Assembly: GCA_973895155.1 (NCBI GenBank)
Contig: OZ316894.1
Location: 9,138,234 to 9,202,233, forward strand
From: Marsupella aquatica
Taxonomy: Eukaryota; Plantae; Marchantiophyta
Reading direction: 5' to 3'
DNA length: 64,000 bases
This document shows, one piece after another, positions 12,361 through 23,015 of this stretch. A program made the translations under genes and the position numbers. The notes under the pieces were generated by a model. That model was given only the letters and a program-made list of their open reading frames with translations, was not told the origin of the DNA and did no database searches. Each line of letters starts with the position of its first letter. The stretch's first letter is position 1.

Positions 12361-15338
12361 AGATTTCCACAGCCTTCAAAGACTGTTCTCGTCTCACTTT
12401 CTCTTCTCATTCGGACAAACGGTCACTTCACATTATGTGACAGATTGGCTCTCGGCCCAGAGGCTCCATGGCAACAGGCAAAGCCTTGATGACTGCCCAG
12501 GGATCGGACGACACATATATAGAACATGTTCAAATCGATCTATGGAAGATGAAGGATGTAATTGTCGGGATAATTGTTCGACACTAATCTAGAAAGTACC
12601 TGACTGTGCTCCATATCGGAAAGCCGTCACTGGTCGATCACTCAGCTGCTTCCAGATATGTGGACAGCATGTAATTCACTCCCCGTGATTAGGCTTGAAT
12701 CAAATCGAGCTCAACTCAGACAACCGAGCAGCAAATCGACACAGGAAATTCAGACAATCAGTGAGAAATTTTGGTAGACATTCACATTGATCTCGTTGGC
12801 CAAGAGCCACATTAGCTGACTCAAAGTGATGAGTTAAGTTCTTCAACTTGAACTAGAAGATTGAAACACAATTGTGTGGTTGTGTTTTCTGTTTCTCTTC
12901 AAATCGTGTGATGGTCGATAGCGATTACAATCGGGGGCAATTGCTATGCCTGTCAATTATGGCAGCCAACGATATATCGAGAGTTCTGTTTGGTATCCTG
13001 TCACCCAAAAACCATTAGACCTACAGTAGTGTTGCTTCAAGGGGGGAGGGGGTGGTGCATTGACTTCTTTTAATTCTCCCTCGGAGGTTAAATGTGTATG
13101 ATTGATTCTGGACAATATGATGAGTGAAAACTACTGTACTTGGCTTTACAAGGAAGCCATACTTGGGGGTCACTCACTCAGGTGTGGTGTGTAGGGATCT
13201 TACATGGCAAGCAGTGAGCCCTGTAAATGCTGATGTGGAGACAGTGCTTAACTTTGCTTAAAATTGTAAACCACCTACTTGGCAAGGAATGGGGGCCAGT
13301 AAATGTTGATGTGGAATGGTTCTTTTGCATAAATTTTAGACACCTGCAGAGGTGGCCCAAACATTTCCAAACTTGGGCTTCTTTCATTCCAGCTATTTGC
13401 ATGCTTTGAAGACTTAGTTCATTTCAAATCAAAAGCTCTTTGGTCAGGAGTTTTTTTATGTTCGATCAGAACATGAAGTGGTCCTTCAGTTTCTATGGTG
13501 ACAAAAAATCAAGAGTGCCCCGGCCAGTGTCTTGTAAAGATACCCTTAATCCTTTGGAGGTGTTCCAAAGATTCAGTCAAATGTTTGATTCCTGCTCAAA
13601 ATATACACAATGGACATGTAAGGTGCACAGCATCAATAAATTAAGTTTATAACCAATGGACATATAATTAAGGTGCACTGCATCAATAAATAGATTCCTA
13701 GTTGCCTGGTTGAAATATGGAACTTTCTCATGAAAGGAAAGAAAAATGCCCTTAAATAATAAATAAATATATTGGGAACTTAAATAAAAACTAAGGAAAT
13801 GAAAAACATTTAAGGGGCTGGTAGAAATGGCTGAATTCTTAAATAATATGTGGCAAAATCATAGATTAGACTGAATTAACATCAAAAGACATTGCAACCA
13901 ATTGAGTAAGACAAGATAGCCAAACAGTGCCCCACCATATAGCAGCCTAAAAAAACTCATTCTTCATTGCTTTCATTGCTTCTTACTAATGACATGCTGA
14001 AATTTCAATTTATTTTGGTGAGCTAGAAAACTCCTCTTGCCAGTAATCACACATCAAAATGTGATCATTTATGGTGCGCATTCACGGATTTAAACAAAAT
14101 AACGTGTATCATGGTATGAAGCAATATCATACACTGTATGTCATATTTTCAGAAAACTCTTGGAAAGGTGTACTAGTAATAATAAACCAAAGGCCAGTCC
14201 TATTAAGGAGGACTTTGATTTCCAAGGCGATTAGATAAGTAGGTGCATTTTACTACCATGTGTAGTTGTCCAGTGCACTCAATAAATACTTCTAGTATAT
14301 GTGTTGCACTAATTGATTAATGCATGTGCACTCTTATAGACAGAAATGGCTTATGCATTTGTGGTTTGTGATGCTGATGTACCTCCACTGCCATACAAAC
14401 GGTGTATTTATGGTGCATTTATAAAGAAAAATGCTGTAGTATTAGGGGACTACATGACCAACCTGCAGTTACCCATGGAATTCACTTAATATACACAGTG
14501 CACTTATCCATAGTAAACTGTAGTTGCTCATACCCACAAGATGCACTTTGCAAGTTAAGTAACAGAATGAGCACTTGTTCCTTATTATTTTTCTGTTTGT
14601 CAAATATTACCAAATTTTTGGAAATGTTTTGACTTCACTCTAATATTTGCCAATATATTCTCCATGTATCATCAGCACTAAGTAGGTGCATACTAGAAAA
14701 AGTAACTCCATTGGAAAGACAGGATTGAAAGCCTTCTTCAATTGTGCATCTTTTTCTCTATTCTTTCAAAAATAGAGAAACTCTAGAAACCTAAGTGTCT
14801 CAAGGGGAGTTTCATTGCTCGAGGGGTTAACTCAGTACATATCCTTGATACCACGTGTAATTCTAGCATAATTGTAGATGCCCATGTTTTGTTAAAGAGA
14901 ATATTCTACAAATATTATTATTTTCAACTTCAATAGCCTATTTTAATTTATAAAAACTTTATTCATGTACTAAACAAATAAATATTCTTAATCAATAACC
15001 TCTTGACATTTTGTAGTGGGTCTTGATAATGTGCTAAGTAAGTCTTCAATCCCACACACTTTTCCTTGGCCAGCATTGGTTCCCCTAAGTCAACTGTCAG
15101 GTTAGTTAATTAGTGAAACCCTTAGTTAGGGTTTTTCCAGTCTAGCTAATTTGTGAATGCCTTGACTTATTTTGGGTATATGCAGACATATATACTAACT
15201 TCACATCACCTTCTAGAAGGGCATCATGTTCTCAATTGGGGAAGGCTGGCACACATTTGACAACAGTCAAACTAGCTAGTATGTTAAAGGAGCAGTAGAT
15301 TAATTCATTCTTCAGGCTCTCGTTATGCCGTAACTGTC

Positions 15339-15798
15339 AAAGGTTAGATTGTAACTTTTTGATAACAAAAAGGGACACGACTGTACAATATCCGGATCAT
15401 TTTGACTCCATAATTCCCATAAAACAATCTTTACCATTAAGGTAAAATTGTGTGAGATAGTGAACCACTGGATCATATGAAAATGTTTAATAGGTAGACA
15501 ACAGAATTGATGGACAATGGCCATTATTAATGAGGGGCTACTCAGCATTGTGATTGTTCAATCTATGAAGACCCTATCAAACACTTGCCCACTTGCACCA
15601 TTGGATAGAGCTTGCATAGGGAGCCTGCAAAGTTTTATTTACAAGAGTCACCACCCTCAGACCTCCTTCGTTGACTCCGGCCTATATCAAGGCTCCAAAG
15701 TTAACATTCAAACTCTGCCAACCTGAAGTGTCTATTCATGACTGTGTACATTATTTGATTGTCTGGTCTACTAATTAATCACAGCAGATTTTGAGGGG
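15339..15798. repeat. Diverged direct repeat, copy 1 (SAP 3' flank); partner at about 16974-17479
   Basis: Colinear shared blocks: aaaggt(t/c)agattgtaac, cacgactgtacaa(t/a)atccggatcatt, ctcagcattg, tatgaagac, gtcacca(c/t)cctc, ccaacctgaagtgtctat. Confidence 0.75.
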
Positions 15799-16624
15799 TT
15801 ATATCTTCTTCAGTTTTGAGCCATTGACAACAGGATTGGCCTTGGCAATGGCAGCACGCCCAGACGCTTTGTAATCAAAGGTGCAAGAGTGGTCCTTGTA
15901 GTGGCGGTGAACAGTGCAGAACACTTTCTCACAGCGGCACGGGTAATTGTCTGACAATCTTAGTCTCTTGTCACATGAGTAGCAACGCGTAGCACTCTCA
16001 CCCTTGGCCACTCCAGCCATCATGGCAACATTGTCTGCCTCTTCCTCCTCATGCAATGATGACCCCTCTCCTTGATCTCCAACTGAACTCACTTCTTCTT
16101 TCACTTCTGCATCTTTTATGATCAAACATAGGTAATAATCTTGATCTTTCTAAATAGAATAATATCAATCAAACTCACTGGTGTATGTAAATTAGCAATT
16201 TTCTATGACTGTGGTCCAGCACCTTGATCCTCAAGCACAATCAGTTTTAATTCTCAGATTGCAATGAACTACCCATTCAATCAAGAGGGCAACATGATGG
16301 TCACCCACATGACAAATTCAACATATATTTATTACAATCACGTTGTTCTTAGTACCAAGGAGAGATTCACCAGCAATTCTCAGGCACTTCATTCATTTAT
16401 CACTTTAAGGACCGAAGTCATGGGAGAAGTATAATTTAGAACATACTTAACAATTCATCAATGGCAGCAGTCGCCGCGATCCTTGAGTTTGAGTATGTAG
16501 CCTCACATGTAGTCGCCATCATTGATTTTTGATTTTGCAATTGCACCTTATTGCATTTGGAGCAATATCCATTGGCTGCATCAGTTCCAAAGAACTCGCA
16601 CCCATCTCTCTTGCAAGGACCCAT
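15799..16624 (-). CDS. A20/AN1 zinc-finger stress-associated protein (SAP), 161 aa; exons 16624-16447 and 16106-15799
   Basis: A20 motif C-x4-C-x11-C-x2-C (CKRDGCEFFGTDAANGYCSKC). AN1 motif CYSC...CRC...CTVHRHYKDHSC followed by the typical FDYKASGRAAIAKANPVV...KLKKI tail. A phase-1 GTATGT...TGCAG intron joins the two in frame. Confidence 0.9.
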
Positions 16625-16973
16625 TCAAATTTTGGGGTAACTAATCAAAATATATCTCTTTTATTTTTCCCAACTTTGAATTGTCCGTACGATAACCCCA
16701 AATATTTAATTTAGCAAGAAATTATGTCTCTCTTTTACACCTTTTTGTTGAGAGTGAATTCCACCCCATTTCCATGGGATCAGTGAGTGTCTTTCTCTCT
16801 CCCCTTCCATCCCAAGCAATGTCCTCAATCATTTTAATTAGTCGGTAACTGTGCTCCACAACAATGTTCACATTTTTCAAAAATAAAAATTGTGATTGGT
16901 GTCAAAGTAGCATGCTAGCCTCAGGTTATAAATTCATGGTCTCTTAATATTAGTTCCATCACCTTAATGTTTG

Positions 16974-17479
16974 AAAGGTCAGATTGTAACCTTTCAATGA
17001 TAAAAAAAGGGGCACGACTGTACAAAATCCGGATCATTCTCGTTGAATGGGATGATTTATGCCCCCTTCAAAAGCATATTTGGTTTGATACTTTGAGATT
17101 GATTTCTGTTACATGAAAACATAAGAGTAAGCCAATAGATAAGAAAATGCCCAGCCTGATAAGAGAAGGGACAATGAATGTCAATTCACCAGGTTGCTCA
17201 GCATTGGAATCATGTATATGAAGACTCTAACTAGCATAGACTTGCAGAATCCACACATTCAATGAGAAAGCTCTACTAGACAGTCACCATCCTCTAGCCT
17301 GGCTGGGCTCAAAAGTCAGGCTCTGTAAACCTTATACTTAGAGGTGCATAGTATCCCCTTTCCTGCGGGTAAAGGTTCAAAGTGGATTCAGACTCTCCGT
17401 ATCCAACCTGAAGTGTCTATGAGGACATACATAGATCAATCTGCTCATTAATTAGTCACACAGACTTGGATTTGATGGG
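16974..17479. repeat. Diverged direct repeat, copy 2 (upstream of the SAP gene)
   Basis: Same ordered blocks as 15339-15798. Confidence 0.75.
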
Positions 17480-20354
17480 CTAGCCAGTACTGCTCTACAT
17501 AACTATCACAATTATAAAACTTTCCACAAATTGCTGTTGTTCAAAACTCCCCCAGGTCCCAATATTGCATTTCTTTACAAAACAGCTCAAGCCTCAGATC
17601 AATTGAAGACCTATATAAGAAAAAACTATGATGGAATACATCCACAAGTTTTATTTGAGTATGACCACTAACAAGATTTTCTTGTGTAGAGTAGGATCCT
17701 CAAACTTACATGGGGTTATGATCCTAAGCCCACAGGGTCAGTGAGGGCGTTAGTTTGCTTAAACCAAGGTCTTGAATTTCTCAAATTAAAGAAAAAAGCA
17801 TGCACAACTCACTTTTGGGCAAGGTAGTGTCCAAGCTATCCAACGAGTTGCAAAATGTAGTGACGCATTGCATGAACTCTCAGACACAGTTCATGAGTGT
17901 ATTTGGTTCCCAAAATACGTAAGGGACATTTGCAGCACTATGGTTTGAGAATGTATCATTGTGATCACTAGACTAGTTTTGAACCCAGATGAACCTTATT
18001 GAAATGTAACATTTTATTTTGATAGTAACTTTCATTTGTAGGAATGCCCAATGATCTGTTTGGTCTATTGGGTCCCTAGGTCAAACATTGACATCAGCTT
18101 CACACCTCAGATTAAGCAATTCTAGTTATGACTATCTATCATCAAAGAATCACCGATACATGCATGCTACAAGAAGTGCAATCATGATCATGATCCAGAA
18201 ATTTACCTCCAAGCAAGGAGGCAAGTTGCCACAACAATTCTCTAGTTAAGATGCTGGTCATGTCACCTTCATCCATAGAACTTTTACCTCCAAAATGATT
18301 AAGGATGTAGGTCCAACCTCTGGCCATGGAACAAAATCCTTGCTACAGAATTCTATGATACTGGTCAACTATGCTGGAGTCCAAACCCTGGTCCAAACAA
18401 TCATTTGTTTGAATTGGTTTTATTTCTATGAGACAATCATAACTAGAATTGTTCAATTAAATAAAAGAGATAGTGTTTTAGAAATGGCATAGGGTGAGAC
18501 ATGGTACATACGCGGGGTACATACGATTGAAATGATCTCATTGCCTTTGAATTGCATGCACATCTCTCTCTTTTATTTATTTGTTGTACCATCCCCACTT
18601 TAATTTGGCACTGTAGCCATAAGATATGGGCTAACTAAGTACCATATCGGCATAACTTGTGGGCCCACCCGTGATGCCTACAACACTAGCCAGGTGTGCA
18701 ACACTCTATGTCACTTCTAACGGGAAATGCTAATTAATTTTTTTAATACAGGTTCACCCCAAATCACGTGAACCGCCTCATTGTGACGTTATATCAGAAT
18801 CTGAAGGCCTCAACCTGTTGCATCTGAAACCTTGGGGTGAACATTTGTTTTTGGACACTAGTTTTAGGCCACCTTAGTGACTCACGATGAACCAGTTTTT
18901 TTGGATATGCGCCAAATCAGGGGTTAGACGTACATACAAGGAAGAATTTGGGCTAAGTAACAATAGGGCTACCTCCTGGGGCCCTCACTTTTTTTTTTCG
19001 AATTCATCATGCACAAAACATTGTCAGCCAGGGTATTCTTAATTAGGCTTAGTGGGAGACTTCTACATTTTTGTGGGAGATTACTTTCAAGGAAATCAGG
19101 TTTTTTTAATCAAAATTTGGGTATTGTAAGAGATAGAGTTCTTACAACCAAATTTTAGAATATTCCTAAAATAATCTAACAAGTAAAATTATTCTTTTAA
19201 TTTTTTTCTTAATTACTGTGTTTATGACCCAAAAGTAGAAGATGATATGGAAACATGAAACACTGGTTTGTAATTGTTTTTAGCTCACTTACTAGTTCTT
19301 CATTGGGCTAGTATGCACCATGACTTGTTGCACATATTATCAATGTCGCCTACACCAGGCATCTAATGTCACCACATCTATCCAGAAGCTTAAGTCAAGT
19401 CACTAAGGAAGTGGTAAGTTAGTAATATAGGTCAACATTATCTCTTTGTAATTTGGGAAGCTTCTAGTTTTCGTGGTTGACTTCATGCTCTAGTGTAGAC
19501 ACCTCACTTTACTGTAGGCTCTACTCTAGTATGACAGTTGTAAATCTACCAGAGGCTTCACTGCCGGCCACTTTACACCTGTTACTGAGTCAGTTAGTAA
19601 TTCCAGATAACTGTAAGTGGCTAGCCATTTGCCTCTGATAAAAAAAATTGATCAGCAATGAGTCTAGATATTTCACTCTAAGTAATTAGTAAGTGGTAAG
19701 TCTATAGGCTTCACGTAGTTAGTACCTTAGGTGTTCTATTAGATACTCGCATCAATTAGGTTTTGGGAGGAAATATATATTAATCCATCATGCATAGTGT
19801 CTTCGGTTTTTTTGTTCTTACCTATAATTTTTTCATATTTACACAATTTCTAAGTATTTTATAAATATATTTCACCCCAAATTGTGGTTTAACTGTGACT
19901 GTCACGTGACTCCTCACAACTTGGTCACACCCGGGGTCACACCAGGTCACCGTAACTAGTCAGAAAATTCCCCCAAAATTGGGGAATTGGGGGAAAAGGG
20001 AGCAAGCTTTTGTTGTCCTGCAATTTGAATGGCAAGTTCAGTCTGTGAGTATTTCCACTTTTAAATATAACAGCAAAACATATCTCAAACATAGCACAAC
20101 CCAGATAGTGTATCACCTGCTCTAAGTCTGTATCTTTAAGGATACCAATTGTTAATCCTTCCTGAGTGAGCCCCCTAAAAAAATATTTTAAATAAATATA
20201 TAAATAAATAAATAAATATATATATATATATATATAGTACGTGTGGGCTTCACCATCCCTGATCCCTACACAAGAAAGGCAAGTCCCTTTTAAACAGCAA
20301 AACATATCTCAAACAGAGCAAAACCAAGTTACTATATCACCTGCCTTAAGTACA

Positions 20355-20768
20355 TCTTACTAATAAAGCCTACTTTTCACCAGCTAGGGTCTAGAGGCTG
20401 GTCTAGAGGCTTCTCTAGACCGTAACTCTATGGTCATCATATGCATGGTCATCATATACATGGGAAAAACTTATGACATGATTATGATGTATATACATAT
20501 CAGTTTTATGTGATAATTTTTAAATATTTACATTAAAAAAATATAGGTAGTATGGCCCCACCACAACATATGTGCATAGAACATGGATGTGCATACAAAA
20601 AGCCTGTGCACATCAAGGAGAATGATATATTATATATGACTATTAAAATGATGGGTTTTTTTTATCATTTCATTAATCTTCAAAGAATATGAATGGAAAA
20701 TATATTTTGATAATTCTTTTATTGTCCTCTCTGCTATTCACGTTCAAAGAACGGGTAATCGGGGCTAG
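20355..20768 (+). mobile_element. Non-autonomous Helitron, family A copy 1 (414 bp)
   Basis: 5' end a|TCTTACTAATAAA; 3' hairpin cgttc-aaa-gaacg then ggggCTAG|t; inserted between A and T with no TSD. A homologous copy lies at 58284-58636 and an empty paralogous site near 20881-20905. Confidence 0.85.
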
Positions 20769-21074
20769 TGACTTTAATTAGGATACTAATTGTTAATCCT
20801 TCTTGATTCCCCTAAAACAATATAGGACGTGTGTGCTTCACCATCCCCACTCCCTCCAAGTTACTACAGGTATATCACCTGCTCTAAGTCCATAACTTTA
20901 ATTATCAGGCCCGTGACCAAATGGGGTTTGTCACATTAGGCCGTCGAACAAAGTGAAAAAGAATAAATTAAAGACAAATCATTCAATGTTCTCCTCATCT
21001 CTTTCATCTGCCCAGTAAGCCATCACGGTCTTGCCTGAATACAAGTACTGTATACAATACATTGAATTTTGTTT

Positions 21075-21450
21075 TTGGTCTCTTTAGAAGAAGAGGAATT
21101 AAGTTCAGTTTTGCAGTCCTTTTGGTCTCTTTAGAACAAGAGAAATTGTATCAAATTAAGTTCAGTTTTGCAGTCCTGTTGGTCTCTTTAGAACAAGAGA
21201 AATCTACAACTATAATAATGGATCTTGTCTTTTTTAGTCCCTTGTCCCCATACAAAAACGCTTCTGGGTGGGAAAGATCCATGATTAGTTATTTTTGCTC
21301 ATCATTGATGAGAGAAATATATACCCCTATCACGTATTTGTTTCTTGCTGCCCAGTAATATCCCCGGCCAATCCCTATGGGCCTGCCCTCCTTGCACAAT
21401 GTTTGACATAAGGCTAGTTCTATCAAATTAAGTTCAGTTTTGCAATCCAG
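21075..21450 (+). repeat. 57-bp tandem repeat (about 3 units), last unit split by a Helitron
   Basis: ttggtctctttagaacaagagaaattgtatcaaattaagttcagttttgcagtcc is repeated and resumes at 21418 after the insertion. Confidence 0.85.
21203..21417 (+). mobile_element. Non-autonomous Helitron, family B copy 1 (215 bp)
   Basis: a|TCTACAACTATAATAA ... aaggCTAG|t. The flanks rejoin as gagaaa+ttctatcaaattaag, matching the intact neighbouring unit gagaaattgtatcaaattaag. A homologue lies on the minus strand at 33546-33837. Confidence 0.8.
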
Positions 21451-21597
21451 TATTTTAGTCCAATATTGCAGTCCATGTGTATTTTTTTAAACAGTATCTT
21501 GGGGGCTTTTGGGGGCCCCATCACATAGCCGAACATAGTTCAGCCAATAATACTAATTGTTAAGTTTCTTGAGTCCCCTAATAAAAAATTAAATGGG

Positions 21598-21631
21598 ACG
21601 TGTGGGCTTCACATTCCCGATCCCTATAAAA
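21598..21631 (+). promoter_or_regulatory. Putative core promoter: ACGT-core element (ACGTGTGG) and TATA box (TATAAAA 21625-21631)
   Basis: The TATA lies about 190 bp upstream of ATG 21817 and is followed by a CT-rich leader. This is a motif-level call only. Confidence 0.55.
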
Positions 21632-21816
21632 GTAAGGGTTCCCGACACTCTTGTAAGGTTCTCACTGGTACTATCTCTTGATCTCCTGCTTCTTCCTCAG
21701 GCTCGAGCGGAGCGGTGGTGTTTCTCGTTCAGCGGCTCTCTTCTCCAGTCTTCGACGGAGCGAAGACGATTGTTCTGTCACGTTTCGGTCGATTGGGGGG
21801 CGTAGACTCGATCACC

Positions 21817-23015
21817 ATGATGGCGGTTCGCAAGCCCGCGTCGCTTCTGCTGTTGTTGGCCTTCGCCATCCCGACGCTGGCCTACTTCTCGTGCCAGACC
21901 AGTGCTGTGGCTGTTGGAGATTCTCTAGGTAATTATGTGGCACACAGTCAAAATTGACGCACCGGTGTTTGTGTCGATGCTACGAATGAAACTTTGCTTG
22001 GATGAAACAATTTTCTACGATTATTGGTGTCCCTCGCTCTCTGATCGACTCGGTGGCGACATACTGACCGTCGGAAGCTGCCGTTTTGTCGGGAACGAAC
22101 GTCTCGCGCTAAATTGTATTGTGGCGACAAACTCGTGCGACATGATCGGTTCGAAGTAGTTTTTGGTCGAGGATTTCTCAGAGTAGTTGCATGCATGGCT
22201 CGTTGATCAGAGCGTGTACGTGATCTGTTGGTTTGTTCTCATAGACATGTTGTTAGAAACGGTGCTCTGTTTGACTAACTTTGCGTCCATCGACTTTGAT
22301 CTGATCTGGCATTGTTGTCCATGGTGTAAGACGATCCGTTCGCTTGGATTGAACTGACTCGAGCGATGGTCCCTCTTCCTTGTCTCTGATATCGCGTTGC
22401 ATTCATGCACGCAGGTGTCCATGGCCGCAGACTCTTGTATCAATCCGTGGACAGTAGAGTACCAAGACAGGCTCATGCCTTCTTCTCGAAGGTAGGGACG
22501 GATCGGGTGAAGAAATTTTCAGGGAACAAGCATTTTTGGGAGAGATCCCACGATTTGTTTCCTTCCAGGGTATCGGCAAATCTGCAGGTACGTGACAACG
22601 GTTTATTGTTAGCCCTAGCATTTTGCTCGTGGCCCGCGGAGTCTTTCATTGTTGTCAGACGATCCGAAATGCCTGAAAGTTGTCCACCTTTGTTATCGAA
22701 ATTGCGCAGGCGGGAGAGGACAGTGACTACGGTCCACCATCAGTAAACCGTCCAATCCATGTCGACCCCCCGGGTACTTCTCCTGTAACATTCAACAGTG
22801 CCCATGAGACGTTGAATCGCCAATTGGATACCAGTGCCAATTTCCACGAGGATTACGCTCCAGCGAGAACCCACCCTCCCATTGATTATCATGACTATCC
22901 CCCGCCCTACGATTTCGTTCCTCGGAAGACATGGAGCTCGGAGGCGAGTTTCATGCATGCCACTCTGCCGGCTCCGACGATGATATACCACCCTGAGAAC
23001 CTCTCCGGGGGTTAA
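21817..23015 (+). CDS. Secreted tyrosine-sulfated peptide precursor, RGF/GOLVEN/CLEL- and PSY-like, 196 aa; exons 21817-21928, 22415-22587, 22710-23015
   Basis: N-terminal signal peptide (MMAVRKPASLLLLLAFAIPTLAYFSCQTSA), GRRLL subtilase-type site, and DY modules DYGPPSVNRPIHV (22725-22763) and DYAPARTHPPIDY (22851-22889). Both introns are GT-AG and frame-consistent. Confidence 0.8.

Larger units (their letters stand above)
20066..21645 (+). repeat. Triplicated module of about 230 bp, interrupted by insertions, forming the upstream region of the peptide-precursor gene
   Basis: tatcacctgc-aagt, atac(c/t)aattgttaa and acgtgtg(g/t)gcttcac...ccct recur in order at about 20066-20294, at 20292-20855, and at 20856-20905 continuing in 21548-21645. 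Confidence 0.85.

Noticed and set aside
13178-14760. Broken coding-like frames and recurrent ggtgca words suggesting a decayed transposon
   Set aside because: No recognisable catalytic motif, termini or TSD.
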